From the NCBI GenBank assembly GCA_902514295.1, contig CABXQE010000002.1:9938-73937 (forward strand): 64,000 nt of DNA, in the 5' to 3' direction. This document shows, piece by piece, positions 44,480-55,579 of the stretch. Every line of letters starts with the position of its first letter. Within the stretch, counting starts at the first letter, position 1. This stretch comes from an uncultured SAR86 cluster bacterium. GTDB taxonomy: Bacteria > Pseudomonadota > Gammaproteobacteria > Magnimaribacterales > Magnimaribacteraceae. Position numbers and translations under genes: made by a program. The notes beneath the pieces were generated by a model, which saw only the letters and a program-made list of their open reading frames with translations, had not been told where the DNA came from and made no database searches.

Positions 44480-46354
44480 ATGGCTGGAATGCAAAATATT
44501 AGAGAAGGCTTGACTGGTAATTTAACCAAGATAATAGTTATTGCAATTGTTATTACCTTTGTAGGCTCAATTGGTTGGGCTGGCTTCTTTTCCCAAGGCA
44601 ATGCAAATGTTATTGCAACAATAGGATCCAAGCAGATTACTAATGCAGACCTGAATTTTGAAGCTGCTTCACAGCAATTCCTCCTTAACCAAAGATTTCC
44701 CGATCAACAAATTGAAGATGAAGTCTTAATGGAAATATCTATTGAGTCATTGATAAGAAAGTTTGGAATATTAGATTTTATTGAAAATAATGGTCTATAT
44801 TTAGCTGATAGTTTTGTCTTTAAAGAATTAGCTAAAGATGAACAATTTCAAGAAAATGGAAGATTCAGCAAACAAAGCTTTGATGCTTTTGCTAGAAGTA
44901 ATGGCTTTATACCTCAAGACTATTTAAATAGGGTTAAACAAGACCTAGTTTTAGATTTTTGGAAACAATCACTTCTAAAGTCCTCTTTTCTATCTGAAGA
45001 AGAGGTCCAAGAATCACTCGTCCTGGCTGAACAAGAAAGAGATATTACTTTTATGAAGCTACCAGTGAAGAATTTCTCTAAAGAGGTTAAAACTTCAGAC
45101 AATGAATTACTAGATTTCTATAACGATAATATAGATGATTACGTTACGGAAAAGAAAACAAGAGTTAACTACTTACCTCTATCGGTAGAAGATTTTAAGT
45201 CTACTATTAATATAACAGAGACTGATATAGCAGAAGAATACCAGAGCTACTTCGATCAGTTTGATACTACAGAAAGAAAATCCGTTTCTCATATAATGCT
45301 AAATATTGACTCTGACAGAACCAGGCAAGAGGCAATAAAAATTTTAGAAAACACCAAAGACAAGTTGTCTGAAGGAGTAGACTTTAGCGCTTTGGTCATT
45401 GAAATGTCAGACGATGAAGGAACAAAAGACTCTGGTGGCAGTCTGGGCGTTACTGATGGAACTCTTCTGCCTTCTGAATTTGAGGAAGCTCTCTCTGGCA
45501 TGAGTGAAGGTGAAATCTATGGACCTATTGAACTTAGTAACAGTGTTCATTTAATTAAGCTAACAAAAAAGGAAATACCAGAACTCGCGCCTATAGAAAG
45601 CATGCAAACTCAAATTAAAGAGAACCTTATAGCTGAATCAGCTTTGGCTAATTACAGTGATTTATTGGATAGCGCGTCTGATCTGGTTTTTACTATGGGG
45701 TCTTTAGGTGATATCGCACAAGAGCTAAGTCTTAAAAGCATTGATTCAGGACTTTTCTCCTTAAATGAAGCAAACGAAGATTTAAATTCTGCCTCAATCC
45801 TCGAAATAATTTTTGATACCAATGTAAGTAATGATTTGATAGAGCTAATCGAAACATCAAATGAGACAGCTATATTATTTGAAAGAACAGATTTCCAAGA
45901 TGAAAAGGTTATTGATTTTAATTCTATTAAAGAAGAAATTTTAGAAGATTATAAATTAATAGTAACTAAGAGGATGGCTGGTGATTTTGTAGATCAAATA
46001 TTAGCCGACTTAAGAGAAGGGCAGGACTTTAGTTCGCTAGCATCTAATACTGATTTTAAACTTGAAACCTATAAGGGTTTAAAAAGAGACTCCTCTCTTC
46101 TAACTTCTGAGGCCGTAGTAAATATCTTCAATCTCCCAAGGTCTAAAGCTGGTAAAGTTTACGGATCTTCTGTTTCTAGAAATGGAGATTACTTAGTTTA
46201 TAGACTTGATTCTGTTAAAAACCAAGATACTGAAATGGACCCAGAGAGCAAAAAAGGCTTTTTTGATTATCTCACTGACCAAAGAGTATTAGCAGAATAC
46301 AGTGAGCTTTTATTTGCTGTTCAAGAGAATTCTAAAGTTACAAAAAGTTATTAG
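44480..46354 (+). CDS. ppiD: periplasmic chaperone / peptidyl-prolyl isomerase PpiD
   Basis: N-terminal TM anchor, parvulin-like domain (HIMLNID...GGSLGV), 624 aa, conserved position after hupB. Confidence 0.88.
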   Translation: MAGMQNIREGLTGNLTKIIVIAIVITFVGSIGWAGFFSQGNANVIATIGSKQITNADLNFEAASQQFLLNQRFPDQQIEDEVLMEISIESLIRKFGILDFIENNGLYLADSFVFKELAKDEQFQENGRFSKQSFDAFARSNGFIPQDYLNRVKQDLVLDFWKQSLLKSSFLSEEEVQESLVLAEQERDITFMKLPVKNFSKEVKTSDNELLDFYNDNIDDYVTEKKTRVNYLPLSVEDFKSTINITETDIAEEYQSYFDQFDTTERKSVSHIMLNIDSDRTRQEAIKILENTKDKLSEGVDFSALVIEMSDDEGTKDSGGSLGVTDGTLLPSEFEEALSGMSEGEIYGPIELSNSVHLIKLTKKEIPELAPIESMQTQIKENLIAESALANYSDLLDSASDLVFTMGSLGDIAQELSLKSIDSGLFSLNEANEDLNSASILEIIFDTNVSNDLIELIETSNETAILFERTDFQDEKVIDFNSIKEEILEDYKLIVTKRMAGDFVDQILADLREGQDFSSLASNTDFKLETYKGLKRDSSLLTSEAVVNIFNLPRSKAGKVYGSSVSRNGDYLVYRLDSVKNQDTEMDPESKKGFFDYLTDQRVLAEYSELLFAVQENSKVTKSY

Positions 46355-47142
46355 CTTTCTGCTTCTTCTATAGATCCCATTGCGGTTATATTAAATCCAG
46401 CATCTACGTATAGTATTTCTCCACTGATTCCGCTTGCCATATCAGAAGTTAAGAAAGTAGCTGCATCTCCAACTTCTTTGGTTGTGATGTTTCTACCAAG
46501 AGGAGCTCGACTGGCATTATAAGAAAGCATTTTTCTGAAGTTCTTTACACCAGAAGCTGCAAGAGTTTTAACAGGACCTGCCGAAATAGCATTTACTCTA
46601 TGGCCGTCTTTACCAGCTGAAACAGCTAGATATCTAACGCTAGCTTCTAAGCTTGCCTTTGCTAAACCCATAACATTGTAGTTGGGTAGAGTCATTTTAG
46701 ATCCTAAATAGGATAAAGTTAGCAAGGAACCATTTCTGCCTGACATCATTTCTTTTGCGCCTTTGGCTAGAGCAATGAAGCTATAACTGCTTATGTCATG
46801 AGCGATGTTAAATCCTTCTCTAGAAGTTACATCTAGAAAGTCACCATCCAATTCCTCTCTTGGAGCAAAACCAACGGCGTGTATAACGGCATCTAACCCA
46901 TCCCATTTATTTGAAAGCTCCTTAAAAGTATTCTCAATTTGACAATCTTCTGCCACATCACAGGGTATGAACGTATCTACTCCCCAACTGGAACCTAATT
47001 TCTCTACATTCCCTTGCAATCTTTCATTTTGATAGGTGAGAGCTATATTCGCACCATTTTTAGACATAGATTCTGCTATTCCAGCAGCAATTGAGTGTTT
47101 ATTGGCAACACCCACTATCAATATGTTCTTATTCTTTAACAT
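46351..47142 (-). CDS. fabI: enoyl-[acyl-carrier-protein] reductase (NADH)
   Basis: [24 protein letters not shown]-terminus, Y-x6-K region ([21 protein letters not shown]), ISAGP. Confidence 0.92.
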   Translation of the reverse strand: MLKNKNILIVGVANKHSIAAGIAESMSKNGANIALTYQNERLQGNVEKLGSSWGVDTFIPCDVAEDCQIENTFKELSNKWDGLDAVIHAVGFAPREELDGDFLDVTSREGFNIAHDISSYSFIALAKGAKEMMSGRNGSLLTLSYLGSKMTLPNYNVMGLAKASLEASVRYLAVSAGKDGHRVNAISAGPVKTLAASGVKNFRKMLSYNASRAPLGRNITTKEVGDAATFLTSDMASGISGEILYVDAGFNITAMGSIEEAES

Positions 47143-47144
47143 GC

Positions 47145-49094
47145 TTAACCAGCCCCTATGTTTTCATCGAGGAATTTAATCATCTCTTCATAGAGCTCTA
47201 TTCTATTTTCTTCTATAACAAAACCATGTTCTTCTTTGTCCTTAACCATGGATTTATAATCCTTCCCTATATTATCGAGGGCTTTAGTTAGAATTTCATA
47301 ATTTTTAAAATGAGCTTGCCTGTCCATTTTTCCATGAACTAAAAATAGATTAGCTTTAATTTTATTTACTTGTTTAGAAGGAGAGAAAGCTTTTCGTGTC
47401 TCTTTATCTTCAGGTATAACCTGCTTTAAATACGCTGCTCCAGCTCTGTAATTTGGAATGTTTCCAACACTGGTAAATGATTCAACATCATAAACCCCAA
47501 CATAACCTATAGCACACTTATATAAATCTGGTTCTCTAACAGATGACATAAGCGCTGCATACCCGCCATAACTTGCTCCGTAAATACAAAGTCTATCCTT
47601 GTCAGCAATGCCTTCATTTACTGCCCATTGAATACCATCAGTTAGATCGTCTTGCATTGTGGTACCCCACTGAAGAAAACCTGATTGCAAGAAGTCTCTG
47701 CCATAGCCTCCAGAACCTCTATAGTTTAATTGCATCACTGCATATCCTCTATTTGCTAAGAATTGAGCTTCAGAATTATACCGCCAATAATCCCTTACTC
47801 CATGAGGTCCTCCGTGAACCATCATTACCAAGGGTAAATCGCTCTTTGCTCCTATAGGTCTTGTTAAATATCCATTAATTTCTAGACCATCACGAGCATT
47901 AAATTTTATGGGCTCCATTTCAGCCATTTGGTTAGCTTTGATCCAGCCCCTTCTATTCATACCCAAATCCTTAAGTTCATTTGTAATTGTATTAAATACG
48001 TAGTAACCACCAGGATCTCTATCATTCGCAACAGATATAACTAGCTCATCTTCTTTTATTGTTGATGAAGCCTCTCTTACAACATATCCAGGAAAGGTTT
48101 TCTCTAGTGCTCTAAGTTTTTTACCATTTGCAGCTTCTTTGTTCAGCCAAATAGTTTCTGGTTTTCCATCGTAAGTTACTAAACCTATAGGTTCTTCAAG
48201 GTCTCTTTGCCAAATAGCAAATTCAATATCGACAGTAGGGTGTCTAAATTTTTCAATTAACTCCCTTTTTTTAGGATCGTATTCACATACTCCTTTTATA
48301 GATTTATTAATAGAGCACATGACTATTAGATTTTTACCGTCTTCTGTAAATGACAGGGGTGTTATGGTGCCTTTGCCATAATCGTATTGCCCATGCAGTT
48401 CCCATTCACTATTAGCAGAGCTTCTATAGTAAAAAACGTTTTGATTAGAATTATTTTCACCCCAGGCGACTCTAACAACTTTATCTTTATCTAGAAGAAT
48501 ATTTCCTCTTTGAGCTGGTGATGTTGAGAGTTTAGTTTTTTTACCTGTATAAACGTTTACTTTAAACAGAGTAGGGTAGGACTTTTCATAAAAGTTAACT
48601 AAAATATGATTTTCATCTAAATATCCGTCATCTTCTAAAAGCCTATCAACTATTTCAAAATAAGATCTTCCCACACTACTTCTACTAACCCTAGTAGCTT
48701 TTCGAGTTACGTCTCCGATGATCATCTTCATTTTTGAACCATCTGGATTAAATGCAAGAAATTGACCAAGTTCTCTAGGGCTAGCCAGAGAACCAAACCG
48801 TTTAGCTGCTGCAACACCTATTCTTTCATTATTTAGCCACATATACCTTCCGTGAAACATATCATCGCCAAAAGAATGAGCATAAATAATCTTATTGGTA
48901 CTTCTTTCTATGACTACTATTCTGGAAGTGTCTTCGTCTTCCATATAGGTAGCAAAATACTGGCCATTAGGTGAAATCTGGACTGAATTAAATTCGTTGT
49001 CTTTAAAAAAATCTCCTACTGAAACTTCGGAACTCAAAAAAAGGTTAAATGAAAGCAGAAATATTGAAATAACAATGTTTTTAAGTGAATTCAT
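47145..49094 (-). CDS. secreted S9 family serine peptidase (prolyl oligopeptidase / dipeptidyl-peptidase type)
   Basis: Signal peptide, N-terminal beta-propeller region, C-terminal hydrolase with GASYGGY nucleophile elbow. Confidence 0.85.
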   Translation of the reverse strand: MNSLKNIVISIFLLSFNLFLSSEVSVGDFFKDNEFNSVQISPNGQYFATYMEDEDTSRIVVIERSTNKIIYAHSFGDDMFHGRYMWLNNERIGVAAAKRFGSLASPRELGQFLAFNPDGSKMKMIIGDVTRKATRVSRSSVGRSYFEIVDRLLEDDGYLDENHILVNFYEKSYPTLFKVNVYTGKKTKLSTSPAQRGNILLDKDKVVRVAWGENNSNQNVFYYRSSANSEWELHGQYDYGKGTITPLSFTEDGKNLIVMCSINKSIKGVCEYDPKKRELIEKFRHPTVDIEFAIWQRDLEEPIGLVTYDGKPETIWLNKEAANGKKLRALEKTFPGYVVREASSTIKEDELVISVANDRDPGGYYVFNTITNELKDLGMNRRGWIKANQMAEMEPIKFNARDGLEINGYLTRPIGAKSDLPLVMMVHGGPHGVRDYWRYNSEAQFLANRGYAVMQLNYRGSGGYGRDFLQSGFLQWGTTMQDDLTDGIQWAVNEGIADKDRLCIYGASYGGYAALMSSVREPDLYKCAIGYVGVYDVESFTSVGNIPNYRAGAAYLKQVIPEDKETRKAFSPSKQVNKIKANLFLVHGKMDRQAHFKNYEILTKALDNIGKDYKSMVKDKEEHGFVIEENRIELYEEMIKFLDENIGAG

Positions 49095-49259
49095 AATTTT
49101 GTGTGTTTATCTTGTAAAAGTGCAACTTTATATGAATATTTAGATAAATTGCTAATTATTTAGTGTTTTTAAAAAAAATAAAAAAAACCCTCTCAAAAGT
49201 ACCTATTTTCTTAATTTTTGGTAAACTGCGGACGTTATATTAACTTTTGGGGGACTCAT

Positions 49260-52016
49260 ATGAGTTTATTTAAATCATTTTCGATAAGATCTCTTTTAGT
49301 TTTATCTATGGTTTTCGCCTTTTCGACCACTACTTTTAGTGCCGATGATGACGAAGCTGAAGATACTGTAGAAGAGGTAATAGTAACTGGTTCTCGTATT
49401 GCTAGAGCAGAAGTGGATGGGGCTAGCCCTATAATCGCTGTAACTGCAGAAGATATTAGAGCTACCGGTGAAATGTCTCTTGCTGAAGTATTGAGACAAT
49501 CTAATGTAAACAGTTTTGGTTCTTTCCAACCATCTTCTGGAACAACTGCACAAAGTCAGGCTACTGTTAGTTTGAGAGGTGCAGGGGCAGGAAGAACTCT
49601 GGTACTAATGGATGGAAAAAGAATGGCTGGATCACCAAGTTATGGTGGTGTTGCTAATAATATCAACAGTATTCCTTTTTCAGCTGTAGAAAGAGTTGAA
49701 ATTCTTACTGATGGTGGATCGGCTCTTTACGGTTCTGATGCACTTGCTGGTGTTGTAAACGTCATAATGAAAAAAGACTTTGAAGGTGCTGAGGCATATA
49801 TTTACGAAGGAAGCCCTGAAAGAGGCGGCGGCGAGCAATCAGCTTTTGGTTTTACTGCTGGCTTAACTTCTGATGTTGGTAATGTAGTTATATCTTTTGA
49901 GCACGACTCTAGAGAAATTGTATACATGGCAGACAGATGGTGGTCACAACGTAACTTCATAGATGGCAAAGATGCTTCTAATGCTACAAGTTACTTCGAC
50001 ACTCTAAACGCAAGTTTCTATTCTTGTAACATGTGGTCGTACGCAAGCCCAGGATTTGGTTATGAAGCTATTCCAGCTTGTGTTGGACAAAGTGATTTCT
50101 TAGGCGGCGGTAATCAATACGATTATGGTGGAGGAGGAGTAGTCCTTTATCCATACAATCAAATTATGGCTGAAGATGCTTCTACAGGAAGAGATACAGT
50201 GTTTGTAAACTATAACTACGACATTAACGATAATCATTCTATCAATGCTAGAGGTATCGTAACTAAAGTAAATGGTTTTGGTAGATACGCGCCTGTAGCT
50301 GGTTTCTTTGGAGTGGAATGTTCTAAGTGGGGCGGATGTCCTTACACAGCAGCTGAACTTCAAGCTGGTGCTGGATGGAGTGCAGCTGATATTGCTGCTG
50401 GATCTAGCGCAGTTGGTGCATCTGATTATGATGATGTATCTATATATTATCGTATGAGAAGTGTTGGACCACGTATTGGAAAAAACACTGATTATTTCAC
50501 TGACTACTTACTTGATTTCACAGGTAACCTCGGCTTTGCTGATTACAGTGTATTTTTACATCATTCAAGAGCTGACTATGGACACATGGGTTACAACTAC
50601 ACGTTGAAATCCGTTGCTTCAAAACTAGCTGAAGACGGTGATTTTGAATTTGCAAACATGAGCGCTGCTCAAGCTACAAAACTTCGTTACACAGAAGTGA
50701 GTGAAGACGATATGGCTCTTCAACACGCTGGCTTCACACTTATTGGTGATGTTGATGCTGGTATAGGTTCTGGCCCTCTTGATTGGGTTGTAGGTTTTGA
50801 GTACATGTCAACTGACTATAGTGTATTGGTTGATGCGCAAAGAGAAGCTGGTAACGTAATGGGTTCTGCAGGAAGTTCTTCTGGAGGATACCGTGATGTA
50901 AGAGCTTGGTTTGCGGAATTTAGACTTCCACTTACTGATGATTTAGAACTTAACTTAGCTCATAGAGCTGATGATTATAGCGATTTTGGATCTGCTAATA
51001 ATTCTAAACTTTCAATGAGATGGCAAGCAATGGATAATCTTGTAGTAAGGGGTTCTTTCTCAGAAAGCTTTATTGCTCCTACTCTTGATTCTTTAGGTAT
51101 GTCTACAGCTTTCTCAGCTGACTCAGCTATAGATAGAGTGCAGGCTGCTAATGCTGGAGTTGCTGCAAGATCTCAACAAAAACAAGTTTATAGATTGGCT
51201 AATCCTAATCTAGGACCTGAAACTGGTGAGTACGTTAACGTCGGAATCGTCTGGAATCCTACTGACAATTTAAGTCTAGTGATAGATGCTTACGAATTAA
51301 CTCTTGAAAATCAAGAAACCTTAATCTCGGCTGGTGATATGTTATTAGCAGAGTGGGCTGGTGTTTTAAGTAACATCACTGAACCAACTGCAAGAATAGT
51401 AAGAAACCCTTACGTTGCTGGAAGCAGTGCTGTAGATGACGGAACTGGAATGTGTCAGTACGGACAAGCTGCAAAAGTGGCGTGTTTAGGTTCTCTTAAA
51501 GAGATTTACGCTCCAATGGCAAACGCTGGTGGTTTTGAAATTTCTGGAATTGATTTAGCACTTGACTATACCTACGAAACTGACAATTGGGGAACATTCA
51601 GACCTATGTTAGATCTAACTATGGTTACTGAGGCTTTGTTTGAAGACTACTTCGCTGGACCAATGGTGGATCAAGTTGGACGTAATGGACTTCCTGAAAT
51701 CAGAGCTAACGTAACGTTGGCGTGGGGTAAAGGAGACTGGAATGCATATTATCAATATGAATACATAGATAGCATGTACGAGAGTTCTTCTTTTGATGTT
51801 GCAACTTTAACAAGTTCAGCTTCTGGAAGCCTTAAATCTCATGGTCTTCAAAACATTCAAGTTTCATACACATCTGCTAGTGAGACAACTATTACAGTTG
51901 GTGTTAGAAACTTAAATGATAAGGATCCTGTTATTGATAGCGGTTATGAGTGGAATTCATACTTGTATGATATCTACGGAAGAACATACACTGTTAAACT
52001 TGAGCAAAGATTCTAA
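49260..52016 (+). CDS. TonB-dependent outer-membrane receptor (about 918 aa)
   Basis: Signal peptide, SADDDEAEDTVEEVIVTGS TonB-box region, plug motifs (LRGAGAGRTLVLMDGKR; GSALYGSDALAGVVNV), terminal Phe. The ATG at 49260 is preceded by GGGGGA. Confidence 0.9.
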   Translation: MSLFKSFSIRSLLVLSMVFAFSTTTFSADDDEAEDTVEEVIVTGSRIARAEVDGASPIIAVTAEDIRATGEMSLAEVLRQSNVNSFGSFQPSSGTTAQSQATVSLRGAGAGRTLVLMDGKRMAGSPSYGGVANNINSIPFSAVERVEILTDGGSALYGSDALAGVVNVIMKKDFEGAEAYIYEGSPERGGGEQSAFGFTAGLTSDVGNVVISFEHDSREIVYMADRWWSQRNFIDGKDASNATSYFDTLNASFYSCNMWSYASPGFGYEAIPACVGQSDFLGGGNQYDYGGGGVVLYPYNQIMAEDASTGRDTVFVNYNYDINDNHSINARGIVTKVNGFGRYAPVAGFFGVECSKWGGCPYTAAELQAGAGWSAADIAAGSSAVGASDYDDVSIYYRMRSVGPRIGKNTDYFTDYLLDFTGNLGFADYSVFLHHSRADYGHMGYNYTLKSVASKLAEDGDFEFANMSAAQATKLRYTEVSEDDMALQHAGFTLIGDVDAGIGSGPLDWVVGFEYMSTDYSVLVDAQREAGNVMGSAGSSSGGYRDVRAWFAEFRLPLTDDLELNLAHRADDYSDFGSANNSKLSMRWQAMDNLVVRGSFSESFIAPTLDSLGMSTAFSADSAIDRVQAANAGVAARSQQKQVYRLANPNLGPETGEYVNVGIVWNPTDNLSLVIDAYELTLENQETLISAGDMLLAEWAGVLSNITEPTARIVRNPYVAGSSAVDDGTGMCQYGQAAKVACLGSLKEIYAPMANAGGFEISGIDLALDYTYETDNWGTFRPMLDLTMVTEALFEDYFAGPMVDQVGRNGLPEIRANVTLAWGKGDWNAYYQYEYIDSMYESSSFDVATLTSSASGSLKSHGLQNIQVSYTSASETTITVGVRNLNDKDPVIDSGYEWNSYLYDIYGRTYTVKLEQRF

Positions 52017-52026
52017 TCTAAGCTTA

Positions 52027-52058
52027 AAAGAAAAGGGCCTTCGGGCCCTTTTTTTTAT
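52027..52058. terminator. bidirectional rho-independent terminator
   Basis: AAAAGAAAA-GGGCC-TTCG-GGCCC-TTTTTTTTT, between convergent genes. Confidence 0.85.
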
Positions 52059-52069
52059 CTTGGTTTTAT

Positions 52070-52918
52070 CTAATCTTCTCTTTTTACTCTATATTTTTTG
52101 TTAAGGTTTTGTATGTTTAAATCATAAGAACCAAATAGGCCTTTGGATATTGAAACAGTTTGATCTTTTTTAAATAAACCCTTTCTGGTAGGTTCCAAGA
52201 CTCTCCATTTCTGTCCATTTTTTAAAGTTAGTATGTATTTATCTGCAGCATAACGACTTACTTTTGCTATGACATTGCTTAATTCATTAGGAATAACAAT
52301 ACTCTGTGTCTCAGCAATTACTTCTTCTAAATCCCCACCCCTTCTTCCAAATAAATTTTCTTGTACGACTTTCCTTTTAGGTTGTATGTTTTTAACTTCT
52401 CTTGCTACTAGTTCTTTATCATTTTCTTGTTTTTTTCTACTCAAAGACTTGTCATAACACTCAAGCCTGTCGGCGGGGTCAATTAATTCTAAGCAAGACG
52501 ATAAGGATTCTACGGGCTTAATTTGCGCTGCCTGGTTTGTTGCTTTATTTTTAGGAATGAACCCGAAATATCTGATCGTCCTAGTAACGCCACTTAAACT
52601 TATTTTTAAATTAAAATCGTATTGATCTCCTTTCACTGGCGCATTGGTACTTAACAGTATGGCTTGCCCACCTGATATTTGCTTTACTTCAATTTTTATT
52701 TCATTAATGTCAATGAAATTGCTATTTTCAATGAAAGTATTCTTAGAATTTTCTATTTTTATATCAAAGGGATTTATAGTTTGAGCAGATTTAACTTTAA
52801 TTGAGGCACTTAATTTTTCTTCATTGGTTGAATTCACAGACATTGATCCTAAGTTCAATGAAGAGAGGTTAAAAGACACTAAGACCAGTGTTGTAAGTAG
52901 AAGTATTGTTTTATTCAT
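52070..52918 (-). CDS. hypothetical secreted protein with FimV-N-terminal-like domain
   Basis: Signal peptide. LNLGSMSVNSTNEEKLSASIKV and AILLSTNAPVKGDQYDFNLKISLSGVTRTIRYFGFIP parallel the FimV N-terminal LGLGEITLKSALNQPLDAEIEL ... VIRVTSSKPVQEPYLNFLVEV...REYTVLLDP (from memory). A central C-x10-CYD motif follows. Confidence 0.6.
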   Translation of the reverse strand: MNKTILLLTTLVLVSFNLSSLNLGSMSVNSTNEEKLSASIKVKSAQTINPFDIKIENSKNTFIENSNFIDINEIKIEVKQISGGQAILLSTNAPVKGDQYDFNLKISLSGVTRTIRYFGFIPKNKATNQAAQIKPVESLSSCLELIDPADRLECYDKSLSRKKQENDKELVAREVKNIQPKRKVVQENLFGRRGGDLEEVIAETQSIVIPNELSNVIAKVSRYAADKYILTLKNGQKWRVLEPTRKGLFKKDQTVSISKGLFGSYDLNIQNLNKKYRVKRED

Positions 52919-53052
52919 TTGTTTTTTAATAATATTGCAAAGTTAAGCATGATAAAATAAGTTGCTAAGCTTAATTAAAAACTTCCAAATATGGAACTAT
53001 GAATTTTGTTAATTTATTTAACTTCCCATTAATTCAATAACTAAAAATATTT

Positions 53053-54654
53053 ATGAAATTAAAATACTTAGCTTTAACAATTTGTTTATTTCTTTTTGCT
53101 TGTGGAGAGAATATACCTCCTGTTGATTCTTCAACAGAAACTAAAATACTATATTTAGGCAATGGCACTGAGCCTAAAGACCTAGATCCTCATACCGTTA
53201 CCGGTGTTCCAGAAAGTAAAATACTAATGGCCCTTATAGAAGGTCTTGTGATAAGGCATCCTTCAGGGTTGCCACCAATACCAGGCATTGCTGAAAGTTG
53301 GGATATCTCTTCTGATGGCAAGGAATATACTTTCTATTTAAGAGACGCACTTTGGTCAAATGGCGATACTGTTATTGCTCAAGATTTTGTGTATGCGTGG
53401 AACAGAATGCTTATGCCTTCCTTGGGCTCTAAATACCCTGATATGCTGTATGACGTAGTCAATGCAGAGAAATACAACAAAGGTTTATTAGATGACTTTA
53501 GTTTAGTTGGAGTGAAAGCTATTGATGATAAAACCTTGAAAGTAGATCTAAAAAATCCTGCACCTTATTTTATTGAACTTTTAGCCCACTACACCACAAG
53601 ACCCGTTCATAAAGCCACTATTGAAAAGTTTGGAGAGATGGACTCTCTGGGTAATCAATGGACTAGACCAGGTAATTTTGTAGGCAATGGACCTTTTACT
53701 CTTGAAGAATGGAAATTAAATCAAGTTATCAAGGTTAAGAAAAGCCCAACCTATTGGGATGCAGATAGAGTTCAATTAAACGAGATCCATTTTCTTCCAA
53801 TAGACAATGTAACGAGAGAAGATTTTATGTTCAGGTCGGGAAGATTACACGTTACTAGCACTGTGCCTACAGAGAAGATAGAAGTTTATAGAGAAGAGTA
53901 CCCGGATCAAATCAACATAACGCCTTATTACGGAACTTATTACTATAGGATTAATATTAATAAAAAGCCTTTGGACGATAAGTTGGTTAGGCAAGCGCTT
54001 TCACTTTCTATTGATAGGGAGAAAATTACTGAAAAAGTAGCAAAAGGTGGTCAAGACCCAGCCTTTTCGTTTACACCACCAGATCCTAACTCTTACTTTC
54101 CGCCAACGAAACTAGAGTATGATCCAGAGAAAGCAAAGGAGTTATTAGAAACAGCTGGGTTCAGTTCTGACAGCCTACCAACTATAGAACTTTTGTATAA
54201 CACCTCTGAAGGTCACCAGAAGATAGCGGAAGCAATGCAACAGATGTGGAAAGAGAATTTAGGTATAAATATTCTATTAACGAATACCGATTGGAAAGTT
54301 TACTTATCAAGGCAAAATACAGGAGACTACGAAATTGCAAGAGCCGGTTGGATTGGTGACTATCAAGATCCTAAAAGTTTCTTAGACATGATGGTTACTG
54401 GAAGAGGTAATAATCAAACTGGTTGGTCTAATGCAGATTACGATAATTTGTTAATTAAAGCTGCAAACTCAACTTCACAAAAAGAAAGGTTTTCGTATAT
54501 GTATGAAGCTGAAAAAATTCTTATGGATGAACTGCCTATTATTCCGATCTATACTTATACAAGAATCTTTATGAAACACGGAAGTGTAAAAGGCTGGAAC
54601 CCCAACTTATTAGACTCTCATCCTTACCAATATATTTCTATAGAAAATAAATAA
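53053..54654 (+). CDS. ABC transporter substrate-binding lipoprotein, family 5 (oligopeptide/dipeptide type)
   Basis: Lipobox LFLFACG; 533 aa; typical SBP_bac_5 features (YLGNGTEPKDLDPH, PTYWDA). Confidence 0.88.
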   Translation: MKLKYLALTICLFLFACGENIPPVDSSTETKILYLGNGTEPKDLDPHTVTGVPESKILMALIEGLVIRHPSGLPPIPGIAESWDISSDGKEYTFYLRDALWSNGDTVIAQDFVYAWNRMLMPSLGSKYPDMLYDVVNAEKYNKGLLDDFSLVGVKAIDDKTLKVDLKNPAPYFIELLAHYTTRPVHKATIEKFGEMDSLGNQWTRPGNFVGNGPFTLEEWKLNQVIKVKKSPTYWDADRVQLNEIHFLPIDNVTREDFMFRSGRLHVTSTVPTEKIEVYREEYPDQINITPYYGTYYYRININKKPLDDKLVRQALSLSIDREKITEKVAKGGQDPAFSFTPPDPNSYFPPTKLEYDPEKAKELLETAGFSSDSLPTIELLYNTSEGHQKIAEAMQQMWKENLGINILLTNTDWKVYLSRQNTGDYEIARAGWIGDYQDPKSFLDMMVTGRGNNQTGWSNADYDNLLIKAANSTSQKERFSYMYEAEKILMDELPIIPIYTYTRIFMKHGSVKGWNPNLLDSHPYQYISIENK

Positions 54655-54660
54655 GCCTTT

Positions 54661-55578
54661 ATGTTCAATTTAATTTTAAGAAGGATAGCTATAGCTATAC
54701 CTGTTCTTCTGACCGTCATAACTTTAACTTTTCTTATGGTGCACTCAGCTCCAGGGGGGCCTTTTGATGAAGAGAAAGCAGTATCAGCTGAAGTCCTGGC
54801 TAAGCTAAATGAGCGTTATAATTTAGACCAACCTCTTTCAGTACAATATTTTGATTATTTATCAGGCGTATTGGTTGGAGATTTTGGTCCATCCTTTAGG
54901 TATCCAGGAAGGTCTGTAACTGAGTTAATTTCTATAGGACTGCCTATTACTTTTGAACTAGCTCTTTATTCAATTCTCTTTGCATTATGCGTAGGAGTTT
55001 TAGCTGGAGTGCTTGGAGCACTTAGACCTAATACAGCCTTAGATTACATACCAATGTCTACTGCGATGATAGGTATTTGCATACCTTCTATCATCTTAGG
55101 GCCTATTTTAATCCTTATCTTTGGAATATGGCTTGGTTGGGTTCCAGTTTCTGGTTGGGGATACATGCCAGGAGATAAGATCCTGCCCATTCTTACATTG
55201 GGAACGGCTTACGCAGCTTATTGTGCCCGTTTAACCAGAGGAGGAATGTTAGAAATTCTAAATCAAGACTTTATTAGAACTGCTAGAGCTAAAGGCCTAT
55301 CGGAAACCAGAGTAGTTGTAGTTCATGCCCTTAGAGGAGGACTCACTCCTGTAATTGCTTTTTTAGGACCCGCTATGGCAGGACTACTAGCTGGTTCATT
55401 TGTGGTAGAAACAATTTTTGGCATTCCAGGTTTAGGTAGATTTTATGTTGAGGCTGCTTTTAATAGAGATTACACAATGATTCTTGGATCTTCTATTTTC
55501 TTCTCTTTTCTAATCGTCTCCTTTAATTTGATTTCAGATTTAGTTGCTGCTGCCCTTAATCCTAAATTAAGAGACTAA
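54661..55578 (+). CDS. ABC peptide transporter permease (OppB/DppB type)
   Basis: Six TM segments; EAA-like loop FIRTARAKGLSE. Confidence 0.9.
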   Translation: MFNLILRRIAIAIPVLLTVITLTFLMVHSAPGGPFDEEKAVSAEVLAKLNERYNLDQPLSVQYFDYLSGVLVGDFGPSFRYPGRSVTELISIGLPITFELALYSILFALCVGVLAGVLGALRPNTALDYIPMSTAMIGICIPSIILGPILILIFGIWLGWVPVSGWGYMPGDKILPILTLGTAYAAYCARLTRGGMLEILNQDFIRTARAKGLSETRVVVVHALRGGLTPVIAFLGPAMAGLLAGSFVVETIFGIPGLGRFYVEAAFNRDYTMILGSSIFFSFLIVSFNLISDLVAAALNPKLRD

Positions 55579-55579
55579 A

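Noticed and set aside
44428-44631. A 67-aa hydrophobic minus-strand ORF spanning the hupB terminator and the ppiD start.
   Set aside because: It is antisense to the ppiD membrane-anchor codons, which automatically gives a hydrophobic reading. It also runs through a strong terminator hairpin. There is no independent support.
47091-47291. A 66-aa plus-strand ORF bridging the fabI and S9 peptidase genes, and a similar 62-aa ORF at 51916-52104.
   Set aside because: Both are antisense to, or overlap, well-supported genes and a terminator. Neither has an SD or a recognisable motif.
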